Shown here in pieces: positions 1-12,120 of a stretch of 64,000 bases of DNA. The translations under genes and the position numbers were made by a program. Origin of the DNA: Kudoa neothunni. Lineage: Eukaryota; Animalia; Cnidaria. The stretch covers positions 4,919,489 through 4,983,488 of the forward strand of contig OZ199838.1 of the NCBI GenBank assembly GCA_964304625.1, written 5' to 3'. The first letter of the stretch is position 1. Each line of letters opens with the position of its first letter. Below the pieces are notes generated by a model. The model did not search any database and was not told where the DNA came from. It worked only from the letters and a program-made list of their open reading frames with translations.

Positions 1-850
1 ATCTTTCATTTTTAGTGATAGAACTATCTAAAATGTGGTAATTTTCCACCAAATATTTTTCTCACATTAATCTACATAAAATTCATCCACTTTATTCAAA
101 TTATTTGTCATCAATTTATTTCTCGGTGGATATTAGGTTTGACAAAATTTTCTCTATGATTCTTCCTTGACTTATTCTCTGCACAATTTTTACCCTAAGT
201 TCCACATAACTTCTTGAATAGGTTGTTTATTGAAAATTTTCATAATTTTAGATGAGACGAAATTTTAACAATGATCAAACTCGATCACTTCTTCTCTTAT
301 TCCAAAAGTAGTCGATATTTGAAGAACGGTAAGCATCTGTTGAATTTCAATTATAAGCTTCTTTTAGAATCTCAAATTAATTGACGTCACTAAATCTATC
401 TATTTCCTTGACAGGTTATAGTCATTTTGCTTTCTATGCTTCAACAACTTAACTTACAAAAAATAGTTTTTACGTTTTCTATGTTTACATTAGCATTTAT
501 AAAAGGACAAATTTTGTATCATCTAGCCCTTGGCATAATCATGCTAAACTAAAAGATGGGCAGAATATATATAATTATTTAGCGGCTATGTATTTCCAAC
601 ACGACAATCGAACAGTGCCTTAGTAAATTTATATGTTGATATTTCAAATCATATTTTTTATTCTAGCCCGAGACAAATATAAAGAACGCTCGACGTTTTT
701 CATGTGGTAATAGTCAGTTTATATAATTTTTTATTTAAAAATTTATCCGATTTTATTTTATTACATTTAATATTTTCTATATTTAAATGATGGTTCGAAA
801 TTGTAAAGAACAATAATTAAAACTCTCCATTTGTTACAATAAAATCAATG

Positions 851-1298
851 CAGTGCAATCTCGGAGCTCGTACAAATCGGAATTCGACCAAAAATTTTAG
901 ATCAGAAACACCTTTGAGTTCGAACACATATAAAAAGAGTATTCAGAACAAATCTACATGGAACAAAATCAGAGGAGAAAAGAAATTCTAGAAGGAGAAT
1001 CGCTCAATCAAATAGTATGAATGTCATTGAAAGATAACTCTAATAATCTATCTTATGGCAATCAAAAAATATTTATCACGTATTTTATTTTTATTTTATT
1101 ATAATATTTAATATTTATTTTTCATATTTTATAAACATGAGATATGCATGTTTTTTCATGAGTAAGAATAAAAATGATCATTTATTTAATGCGCGATAAA
1201 GAAGTAAACGAATCTTCATTATTTTGCAAGGGAAAAAATTATTCGGGGTTCAAACACACTTCTAGAACGGATTATGGTCGAAGTCCGAGGTTGCACTG
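851..1298. mobile_element. Tigger/pogo-type MITE, copy 1
   Basis: Terminal inverted repeats CAGTGCAATCTCGGA ... TCCGAGGTTGCACTG; internal sequence aligns by eye with 32920-33409; no credible coding capacity. Confidence 0.8.
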
Positions 1299-1764
1299 CA
1301 TCTTCAAATCAGTAGAAAAAATTAAAAAAACTTGTTATGGGGAATATTTTAATCTTTATTTTGTTTTCTACACATTTATACTTGAAAAAAACGGACAATA
1401 TTTAATTAAATCCGTTTAATTTTCTATCAAGTTTGTTTATATTCTGACAAAATCAATTATAAAAATATGGAGAATTATATGAATACCGTATAATAAACAA
1501 ACTGTCTCTATCATTGACCTCCTCGCGGGCAGCTCGTTTCTGAACCCTATTTAGAGGGAACACGGTAGACAACATGCGTTGGCAACATCTTTAATTACCC
1601 CAACGCCCTTTTTCAGGATACATATAAATTTTAGAATTAATTATATTTAAAAATACAAACAACAGATTAATGCGTACGGGCCGATACACACAGTCTTAGG
1701 ATTATAGTGGTAGATAGACATAAACAGCAAAAAATGCGCTTAAAAATATCTCATAATCAACTAC

Positions 1765-2329
1765 CTATCTCCGCCAACAATCAATGCATATTTAAGATCA
1801 CAGAATCTTCCAATCTAAATCCAATAACAACCAGATTCAAACAAAAGGCAATACATCTTTTGTAAAGCGCAACGTTTGGATTGCGAGGTCTCTAGTGGGT
1901 AATATTATAAGCGCTCTAGGACCCTAAATTAATTTTCATCGTAGATCACAATAAACTCCGTATTTGATACTTCTTCCGAATGGGCGTTTAAATGGTGAAA
2001 AATCGGAATCAAAAATGCACCCGTTTTCCCGCTACCTAAACGTATAAAAATAAAAACACATCAACACCTTACATAAAAGTTGACAATTACCTGTTCTCGC
2101 TGTTGCTACAATATCTTTACCGTCTATAGCTGATGGAATCATCTTACAAAAGGTTGTTGTCATGGTAACTTTCCTAAAGAAATACTTTTCGTTGGATAGG
2201 GGTGGGTGTTTTATAGCCTTTGCTCAAAATAGCTCTAAGAAGTTCTTTTGAAAGTCCCATAGTTTGAAAGGCACCAAATTTAGGTTTTTTAGATGCGGCA
2301 AACCCCTGTTCCATCATATTTTGATACAT
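1765..2329 (-). CDS. DDX54: DEAD-box RNA helicase DDX54/Dbp10-like, 5' exons only
   Basis: Spliced translation [78 protein letters not shown].../[39 protein letters not shown]: Q motif, motif I, Ia and GG doublet with DDX54-type context. Later exons not recognised. Confidence 0.8.
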
Positions 2330-2510
2330 TACAAAACCACGTGGTTCCCCCGATTTAATTATAATAAACTCGATAATGTCTAATGACGCATCAATTAAAC
2401 AAATGTGTCGAAAGCAACTTCCACTGCTAAAATATTGAATGTATTAAGAAAATGCAATTATAAAATTTTTCGTTGATAATCGGTTAAGCGATTAAGCGAA
2501 CTATTGGGGA

Positions 2511-2976
2511 ATGGTAGTAAGTAGAAGAGGTTGGTTGTGTTGATTTTATGGTATTGTCTCGTTAATATAACAATTAGAAAACCAACTGCACAAAAATGTC
2601 GACCTTTTAGAGGAGGATAATGATAAAAGCATGCAAGAATTGGCTTCCAAAATAAAAACCCTTAAAAATGTTACTAATAACGTCTCAAAATCACTTTAAT
2701 TGATTATTTATGCAATTAGATCACTATAGACATTGGTAATGAGGTGAAACTACACAATACTCTTCTTGATGAGCTTGTACAACTTGGTTCCACCATAATT
2801 TCGTATAATTTTTGTTTTAGAATAGCGGAATGGTTCATGGCGATTCATTGCTCGGTATGTCTATGAAAAAAATTAAAAATCTTCATCGAAGAGCCCATCA
2901 TAATATGCTTTTGTACATTTTTGGATTTTGTATGCTATTCTTTGTAATTCTATTTATTCTATCAAAATTCCGATAA
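2511..2976 (+). CDS. BET1: BET1-like Golgi Qc-SNARE (4 exons)
   Basis: MVVSRR/ETNCTKNVDLLEEDNDKSMQELASKIKTLKN/ITIDIGNEVKLHNTLLDEL/NSGMVHGDSLLGMSMKKIKNLHRRAHHNMLLYIFGFCMLFFVILFILSKFR*: SNARE coil plus C-terminal transmembrane anchor; three GT-AG introns of about 45-50 nt. Confidence 0.88.
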
Positions 2977-3811
2977 CAACTGTACACTATTTATTGCACA
3001 TTTAGCCATAGATATTTTATTTTATGCTTATTTGTCTGTTTTACTTTGTATAATACAAGCATGAATCATCCAGCTTTGTTCGTTAAAAGAAATATTTTGT
3101 GTTTGAAAATCTGTAAAATATACACTAATAGTTCCAATTAACACACAGGAAGTGTTGAACTAAAAAATTTTTGAATATCCTACTTTTCAAAATTATAATT
3201 GGCTAATTATAATAATGATTAATTTGGACAGCTTACTAAAATAGTACAAGTTAGAGAGATAGAAGATAACTTACGAAATTTAATTTTAATTGCTCAAATT
3301 GATCCTTGTTTATCCGGTGTAAACTATAATACACTCTTTAGTATAAATAGCTGGGCGACTTTTAAACATCATTTTAAATAATTTAATTATATAAAGTAAA
3401 AGTATAACATTAATATTGACTTTAACTGTTAATAATTCAATTTAATGGGTGGTTTCAATAAAATCTAGGGACGCAGTTCTAATATGATAGGACTTTAATC
3501 TATCTGATTATATCACATAATACGAATTCATCATTAATTTCGCGAATTTAAACTATTGTATTACATTTAAAACCGCTAAAAAAATTTCATAATGTGCTTA
3601 TCAAGTCAAATACAGTTGGCAATCGATTTTGCACGTTTTTATAGTAATTTAATTATAAATCTAAATATTTTTAATGTTTATATAAACAAGTATATTCTAT
3701 TTTGCGGAAATTTTGGTTCAAATAATCGACTGTAAATAATGCAAACTATACCCCAGATCACGTGACTTCCGATCTGCACACTATTCCCGGGAACCCTGTT
3801 GATCAATATAT

Positions 3812-4260
3812 AGCCGAGGACAGATAGCACATCGGTGTGACACTTGGAGTCAGAACTTTGAGGTAATGGGTTAGAATCCGTCGGTGATCAGACTAATACT
3901 TTCATATAGGTGGGTCTCTATCCCATCTTTGAGAGCTGTGGTTAAAGTGTACGCTCGTCGCTGTGAAGTGGGTGGGGTGAGCGTGAATAGAAGTTTGAAT
4001 CTCCGGAACCCATCGAAAGGCAAAATGATTTGTAGTTCCCGCAGAGCTAACGTCCTTAAAGGGATAGGGTTTGGGGTGGTGGTCGCCCTGAGACGAGGAT
4101 GTTTAGTGAGTTAAAGTCCCACACTACCGCATAAAGATAAAGGGCGGGGTTTCATGTTACGCCCTGCGATGCCTAAAGCGTTAATGGAAGAGGTCTGACC
4201 AACCAGAATTCCACAACCTAATAAGTTGCGTCAGGGGTTTTACCTTGTAAACAAAAAAAA
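3812..4260 (+). mobile_element. tRNA-derived SINE-like retroposon
   Basis: GC-rich island with A box TAGCACATCGG (3825-3835), B box GGTTAGAATCC (3869-3879), A-rich tail, and 15-bp flanking direct repeat TGTTGATCAATATAT (3797-3811) / TGTTGATTAATATAT (4261-4275). Confidence 0.8.
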
Positions 4261-4289
4261 TGTTGATTAATATATTATTACTTCCAAAC

Positions 4290-4795
4290 AATTCATAAAT
4301 ATAGCGATAAGCGAAGGTAAAAGCATATTATAATTAGAAGAAAAATTCAAAATCATTAAATATTTTGAAAATCTCCCATTAAAAATCGTTTAGATAGTTA
4401 CTATGACACGTTTCGGCATATGAAATATAGCAACCCTAAGTGACATTCTCAGAAAATAGGATTAAATTTTTCCACTTGTTTTAAAAAGTTAAGACAATTT
4501 TCGATTATTGTTATTATTGGAAATTGGTGTGTATTGTTACAGCAAGTCAAAATATGACACAATCCGAAATAGTTGATTTTTTCAAAAATTGAAATTAAGT
4601 ATCACTTGGTTTGATACCTGCTGTAAAATGTTTACTATATTAACGAAAAGAAAATCCATTATTTCTGTTTTATTCAAAAATTGGGGTCCTCATTATTATG
4701 TGCATGCCCAAAAAAGTGTGGAAAATTGATTGCACCCCATTACACACAATTTTTTTCTGGTCCGGAAGGGATTGTACAAAGTCGATCTCCCACTG
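4290..4795 (+). mobile_element. Decayed Tigger/pogo remnant
   Basis: Broken N-terminal fragment (LEEKFKIIKYFEN) and a right end GGTCCGGAAGGGATT...CCCACTG|TA resembling the end at 38565-38607. Confidence 0.5.
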
Positions 4796-4803
4796 TATAT
4801 TAA

Positions 4804-6048
4804 TCCTAGAAAGTTCAGTAGGTCCTTTTTTGGACCAAAATTTAATTAAATGATTATAAAATTATAGGGATATCCTATATAACAAAACTAACGTTACGTA
4901 AATTATGTCATAAGTTTTATGTAATTATATATACAGGAGTTAAAAAATTTTTTCCCATCCTATGTATGTTTTTTATAAGATTTTTCAATAAGTTACACAA
5001 AGACTCAATGGGCCCCTTTTTGGTCAAATTAAAAATGATCGAATAGAGTCACTTGATGATTGTAAATTATTTGTTTATAGATTATTTAACTAGAAATGAG
5101 AAATAATATTTTGTGTTATAATTTCATTAATCCGTAGACTATAAATATCCGTGGATGGTGATTTTTGTAATATTTAGCTATTCATCGAATCTTTTAATTC
5201 TTTGTTCTAAATTAAGATTTTTTAAAAATGAATTAAACTTTATTGTATCAAAAACATTTCTTGTAAATCATAATATACAATATTGATAATGAGACCTAAA
5301 TAAGCATGAGATAATTTTAGTTGTCAAATATTTAAAAAGGAGATTAAGTTTTATACATGCAAAATTAGTAGTTTTCATAATTACTCAAGTAATAACACAG
5401 GCTACGAAAAAATATTTTTTCAAAAAAATTCAACATAATTTAATAAAAACTGCGACGATGTATAATTTACGCAGTATGGCCGTGAAGTTGTTTCCATGGA
5501 ATCATGGTCGCCATCCAACAACAGGTTATCATCTTTGTCGTTCCAAAACTTCTATAGATTATAGTCAGATTCTTTGAAATACGATTTAACGTTGAAATAT
5601 GTTTTAGAATGGAAGGTATCGAAATCAAACGTATTATTCCCAGCCGTTACAAATCACGTAATGTATAAAACTTAATCTCCTTATTAAACATTCGACAACC
5701 AACGTTACATCGTGCATATTTAGGTCTTGCTATTTATATTACATATTATCATTTTAATAAAATGTTTTAAATATATTAAAGTTTTGTTTCTTTCAAATTA
5801 ATTTTAATTTATGATAAAGAATTAAAAGAATCGATAAATAGCTAAATATTACAAAAATCACTCTCCACGGATATTTATAGTCTACGGATTAATGAAATTA
5901 TAACACAAAATATTATTTCTCATTTCTAGTTAAACAATCTATAAAAAAATAATTTACGATCATCAAGTGACTCTATTCGATCATTTTTAATTTGACCAAA
6001 AAGTGGTCCACTGAGCCTTTTTGTAACTTTTTGGTGAGCTTTCTAGGA
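4804..6048. mobile_element. piggyBac-like non-autonomous foldback element with long inverted arms
   Basis: TTAA|TCCTAGAAAG at left and CTTTCTAGGA|TTAG at right (compare canonical piggyBac TTAA-CCCTAGAAAG); arms ~4990-5360 and ~5660-6030 are reverse complements. Confidence 0.75.
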
Positions 6049-6422
6049 TTAGTAAGTCCATGTATAAGGTGTGTATGTGCGCACTCTTTATAACGACACT
6101 CCTAGTCTATATATAAAGATAGACGGTTTTGTTCGACTAACTGTTGATTATAATATTTAAGGGTGGATGCTAAATTAAACCAATTATCATCTTGAAATAA
6201 ACGAGTTAATCTTAGTGTTAATGTTAATCCTTGTTAATAAATCGTGTTATCTGTTTGACAAACTTAAAACCTATAAAATCAGAACTTTCTAAATACTATT
6301 GGAGCTTTTTATGGTATAGCTGTAATTGTAAGAGTTTTTTCAATATTCGGAATATTAGAAGTCACATAAATGTCTCTCCACAAGGAAAAATTTCATCAAA
6401 CGTGCATACCTACAGACACCCA

Positions 6423-6451
6423 CGGACGGACGGACAGACAGACAGACAGAC
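6423..6451. repeat. (CGGA)n/(CAGA)n compound microsatellite, possibly inside a Helentron-associated (DINE-1/HINE-like) element
   Basis: CGGACGGACGGACAGACAGACAGACAGAC read directly; the HINE link is inference from the known association of this motif. Confidence 0.6.
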
Positions 6452-7677
6452 TGGCACACCAGCATTGCCAACGATGTTCAATGTTTTCTTGGATGCCCTA
6501 TTTTTTCCGGTTTTTATTCTCAACTTTAAATGGTCGCGTAATTAAAAAATCTAAAAGATTGGTCGGGCAAACAACCGATAAGTCGTAATGCGTAAACCTT
6601 ACCTTCATGTTAGATACTAAAACGACAAGACATTGCAAAAGTGGTATAATTACGTCGATGTTTCTGATAATTGGGGTCTTAAATAAAATCTTACAAATAT
6701 TTTTCAATAATTTAAAAACTATTAGAAACATTAACTGCATTAAATCTTTATCTTCTAACAAAGAATATAAAAAGTTATTTAGTTTATATATCTTGTTGCA
6801 TTTCTTATTGAGGAAAAATATTTTTTTGAATGAAGTTAATTGATGAAATCATTATATTAAATAAAATAAATCTATTAATAATTTTTTAGGTTAGATTATT
6901 CAATATTTTAATTTACCTATGCGCTTGTGAAATTTATTACTGTTATATATGCACTCAATTAATTTCTAAATTGGACGCTATAATTTCAGATAGAAGAGAT
7001 CTAGACAAATTGTTGATTGAATTGAAATCTAAAGCTGTAAAATTATATGAATTAGTCAAAAAACTTATTTTTCTTAATCTGAGTCGTATATTTTATTCTA
7101 ATATCAAACCACAATTTATGCGTTGCCAGAGAACTCATTTAAAACTGATAATGCTGTACAAGAATATCGCTTATTTAACCAGGATGAGTGAAATGAATAC
7201 CCAAAATGTGATGACATCACAAGATTAGACTCGATCGCATTTGGGAACATTGATTATGAGAAAAATAATTTTCATACAATCGGAAAATATTGCATATCTC
7301 TATTTTTACTACCTTTGAGCAAAGCGTATCTGGAAAAAATATCTTTTCTGTTGGAACTATCATGTCGGTCAGGGGAAATACGACGTTGTGACCCACACTA
7401 GCTGGTCTTGTTCGAATGCGGGAATTTTTCAACATGTCGGCCGAGTAGTACCGTACTTTCAAAATTTTTAAGCAAATTATAAATTTACATAATATTCATA
7501 TGTAAAATTAAATATTATTTTTTTTGGTATAAAAAAATTATGATTTATCCGAGAAAAATTTGACCGGATGTCCACTTGGAGTAGACGACGCTGCAAGAGA
7601 CAAACAAAAATTTATAAATATATACATTCGCCTGTCGATCAGTTAAATATTTATTTGAATATAAACTAATGATAAAA

Positions 7678-8356
7678 TTATACAAATTTATCCCCTTGGG
7701 GAAACTTTGGAAAAAAGAAAAAGGTTTCAGCTAGTGCTGTTTCGTCACTGTCTAAAGGTAAAATGCCTAAAATTCGATGATTTAATTGGAAACTACCCGA
7801 ACCATGTGCTACGTTCCTAACGTCTGTAAGGCCATATCTAGCTCTTAGTGTATTGGGGAAATCGCGAATGGCACTGTTCAGATGTTATTTTTATAAATAT
7901 ATGTTTTTTTACATATAAAATTTGGTGGGCCCAATTAGGTCTCTCCACTCTAGCACAGCATTCGGTTTTGTAAGTACCATCGCTTCAATTGGTCCACTAA
8001 CACATTTACACGTTAAATGCATGGTTCCACAGTAGCCTCAAAACCTGCTCAAATGGGTTACCAATCGATCATAAAAAAATTTTCCTAATATTTAATTTCA
8101 TTCAGTTGTCATGGTGAATAATAAGGTCCAACATACCTTGATGAAGCTTATAAAAATGTTGGGCATCCTCTTCATTCAAAGTAACAATCTCACTGCAATA
8201 TATATTAAATCCTTGTTGTTTTATAATTTCTTTAATAACCTTTAAACAGGTGAGATGTCCTAGTAACAAAGAATAACAACTAACCGCATGAACAGAGGGG
8301 ATGGCGGTGATATCTGGTTTCAAAATAGCCAGCGTGAACATCCCCTTTGAAAGCAT
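7678..8356 (-). CDS. NME6: Nucleoside diphosphate kinase 6 (6 exons)
   Basis: MLSKGMFTLAILKPDITAIPSVHA/VIKEII...AQHFYKLHQ/GKFFYDRLVTHLS/SGPIEAMVL...WRDLIGPTKFY/IAIRDFPNTLRARYGLTDVRNVAHGS/DSDETALAETFFFFPKF: NDK catalytic HGSD and NME6-type FFYxRL and GLTDxRN. Confidence 0.9.
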
Positions 8357-9352
8357 TTCCCCTAGCTGTAACTCGACCTCTAACCACAACAAAGTGGAAT
8401 GGAACACTTGGTTGCGTGCGACTGCGGCAAGGTTACATAATTTTCACGTGGAGATGCAATTTTATAGTATAATAAAAAAATCGTAGTATAAATTGTCTAG
8501 AGATATTGCGTTTACAATAATTATAGCGTTGCTGAGACGCAATTTTGTCGGTTGGATACCCTATCAGGCTCTTTTTTGTTTTTATTATTAATGACAATTT
8601 TAAAGTAAATAAATTTCTCTTCTAATTATTTAAACAATATTGCATAAGGTAAAAATACTTAACTTTTTCTTGAATTGACATATTTCTCCTTTTTCTATTT
8701 TTATTAGCGAAACGTATCCATTGCAATTAAACCCAAGTTATTCAATGCACCCTTAATTTAGGAAAAATATAGTTAATATATCAATTTTTTGTCCGAAGGT
8801 TCCTCGTATGACATGGATGACCAAACACATATTAATTTTGCGACTTTACTAGGAGTAATATGAAGTTGAGATATAAAATCTACAAAAACAGATCTACTCA
8901 AATATGTGTAATTTTCGTTCTATGAAACCTTTCATTCTCACATTTATGTGACTCAGGCGGGATCGTGATAATTAATGGAATATATAACATTTTTACTTTA
9001 TGTTTACTCATTAAATTGTTGCATTTAGTTTTTATGAATACTTCTATGTCATATCGAGAAACAAAATTATAATCGAATTAAACGAGCATACATCTGACTA
9101 AATACAAAAAAATAATTTCCACGGAGATAACAAGAAACGGAATCATATAAGTGCACAATTAATTAGAATCATCATACCATAATTCTTCATTGTATCATGT
9201 GATTTAACATTATAATATATTTATCTAAAATTCCATGCTTGTTGAGGAGTTGAAAATTTTTTGATTCTTAATTTCTAATATTTAAACGGTTAAAAAATTA
9301 TTAAACAAATTTTATCTCGATATAAATGAGATAATATGTTAAATAACAGAAT

Positions 9353-11219
9353 TAGCATCATAAACAAATCAAACTAACAGTTTTAGAATGTTTTCTACAA
9401 CATGACGCGTTGCAACTATGACATTTTGTTGAGGTTTAACGATCTTTTTCCCCCATAATTGACACCTTTGAATTGAATTTTTTGAGCTTTATTCACAAGT
9501 ATGCTAGCTGAATTGTCTCCTTTTCTTCACGTTTTTAAAGCGCTCGTCAACTCTTCAGCCATCCTTTTTAAATAATTTCTCCTGCTTATGTTGGCTTGAC
9601 GAAATATTTCTTTATAAACTGAAAATCCATCTATCAACGAAATATCAATAATGTTGAAGAATGCAATCAGGGGCCTGTGTCTATTGAATCTTCTTACACT
9701 TAACGATGCAAGTAATCAAGAAATAGTATCAACACCCCCTTTGCAGAGTTTAATGGACTATTATATCAGGTTTGTAGGGCTCTTCTTCGGAAACGTTGGT
9801 ATTAGTTGCAGAGGTGCACAACACATACACAAGTTCGTTTCTCTTGGGCATGTACCTTAAAATCATCTTTTTATCACCAAACACAAAACGAGAGGAATTG
9901 ACAGGAGTCATATTCAGTGGTCTTAAATATGATGGAATTTCACTTTTATTAGATCTCAATGTCCCCAGTAAGGTTATTTTTTTCTTAGCAGTTCGTTGGT
10001 CAGTTCCACAGACGTGAAAAGGTTAGCACAAACCAAATTTCGACCAGAGCCATGCAGTGGGCTAGATAACTTCAATACTATGTGTTTCCGACGTTGGTTG
10101 CCTTTTTATCTAATTGGTTCTGCTTTCCCAAATAGACGTCGATATTATATACATAGGTTTATCTAGGATCAACTGCAAGAAAAAACTTAATGCCATATTT
10201 GGTCGGTTTGCTAGGCATGTATTGCTTAAATGGGCAATTTCCTCTGAAAGAAACTACATGTAAGCAAATCACCCCAAATAGTCCAGGCGTCCCGAATATG
10301 GTAAAATTTATCAGAATCTGTTCTCAACTATAGAGTTACCTGATCATCAAAGTGGAGAGCCCTAGTAATCTGCCTGAATCTATTAAGATAAAAAAGATCT
10401 CTATAAAATTGTCGGCCTTCGTCAATTCAAAATAACTCCGAAATGGGTTCCTGTCAGTCTTTATGGATAGCTATTAACAACAGGCATCCAACATAAATCT
10501 CAAATTCGGTTTCATCTAAATTATTCCAACTACCGCCAAAATGATTAGTACCAAATAAATTTGTGTATTTTAAGATCAGATCCTAAACTTCTTGATTCAA
10601 AAATAGTCAAGAAATATCTCCTAAATTAGTCACTCTCAATAAAGTGAAAGGTTACACACAAGACAATTATTCAAAATATTTCCTAATCCAGTTATTGAAA
10701 TTATAGGTTTATTAACTGACCACAAAATTCTATTTTTGTCAAGCAAAGAATCGGTGGCCAATTCAACATCATCATCAGACGTATCAGATGAGATTTCATG
10801 AAGATGTGAATTTTCAGCATCGAGATCATCAAAATCGGAGCAATTATCGCAGTAATCAGAAGAACTCATAATTTAAAATATGACGTATGTGCAATACGTG
10901 ATAGCCACTAATATATTGTTATTTATTCAATGTTTTTATAGATTAAATCTCCTTAAACCTCAGATATTAATATTATTTTTTATTTCTTACAATTTTACGT
11001 AACGAAACTTGGGGTCGATTTATACCCCATTTTTATTTATGTGTTTTTGATTTAATTTTTTTCTTGTTTAAAATACAAATACCTTATTATATTATTCTAA
11101 AGATCTCTATAATAAAGAAGACTACATGAAGTCAAAATCAGATTAACATAACCATTTATGTTTAAAAAATGACCTTAAACATGTGTGGGGTCGAAATACA
11201 CCCCATTTTATTTAGAAGA
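9353..11219 (-). mobile_element. Degenerate piggyBac transposon
   Basis: Acidic N-terminus (10636-10869), fragments MRSNKSEIP, KPDIIVH..N..KGGVD, Cys-rich tail TKCHSCNASCCRKHS; subterminal GGGGTCGA..TA.ACCCC repeats near 11010 and 11187; TTAA at 11220-11223. Many stops and frameshifts; the other end was not found. Confidence 0.8.
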
Positions 11220-11779
11220 TTAATTAAAAAAATATTAAGTATCAGATTTAATTTTTCTAAATTCACTCTTAATAAATCTATAATATTCATAATAAACACA
11301 TTTATTTCGTTTGAGACTAATTGATGAATGTAACTTAAAAGATTAGAAAAAATAATATACAAATATAGAGATATTAAAATTCTATATTAATATGCTATGT
11401 ATTTTGTTTTACCACTAGCTGTTACACAACAAATACCTGAGCCGAAATTATTATTTTTGTGTAAAAATTATGTAAAACTTCAATAAGTTGTGTAATTTTA
11501 CGATATACAAATAATATTTCAATATATCACGAAACTAATGATAAAAATGTTGAACAAAGTAAATTGTTCAAAAAACTCAATATAAATCCTTAATTATTTA
11601 GATACCTGAAAAAACTTGTTAGGTTTTGACTATGAAAATTGAATGAAAGCTTGATCCATGCTGGATATCTGACCGATTACATCTTGATTTGACATAATGA
11701 TTATAATTAGGAATCGCAATTTTCGACGTTTATTTAAGTTGATTCAATAGTGTGTGCGTTTAAACATATTAAATTTAAA

Positions 11780-12120
11780 AAAAATGGAACAAACTCACAA
11801 AAATCCATTTTATCAAATAGCGATAGCAGAAGAAAGTCGAGAACAATAACAGAAGCCCAAATTTTCACAATTTTGCCATTTTTTCACTCTTAAAAAATAA
11901 CCGGCTGAGAAATGTCTTGAAACGTTTTTTAACGATGTTTCATTGAATTTGTTTGCTTTCAAATTCTACTTTGTTGTAGAGATAATTTCACGTCGCAATA
12001 TTTACAGGGTAATTAATTTTCTACCTTCTCTATGTCGATCCATTCAACAAAAAATATCAATTTCTCTCCAGTTACTACCCCTCTTAAGGTATTTAGAAGA
12101 TTTATAATTTTCCCGGAAAA
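11780..12120 (-). mobile_element. hAT-like remnant (BED-finger region), related to 33990-34310
   Basis: Nucleotide similarity to 33990-34310 (e.g. CATAGAGAAG, CTCTACAACAAA, AAATGGCAAAATT); translated CKYCDVKL and LLSLFDK fragments. Confidence 0.55.

Noticed and set aside
3884-4114. 76-aa ORF in the GC-rich island
   Set aside because: Non-ATG start and lies inside a TSD-flanked SINE; no protein motif.
3812-4260. Telomerase, RNase P or MRP RNA
   Set aside because: Only CTAACCC (no extended template) and no convincing CR-I/CR-V pair; TSD and A-tail favour a retroposon.
11784-11850. Plus-strand peptide FYQIAIAEESRE resembling an RT motif
   Set aside because: Stop follows immediately and the region is better explained as a minus-strand hAT remnant.
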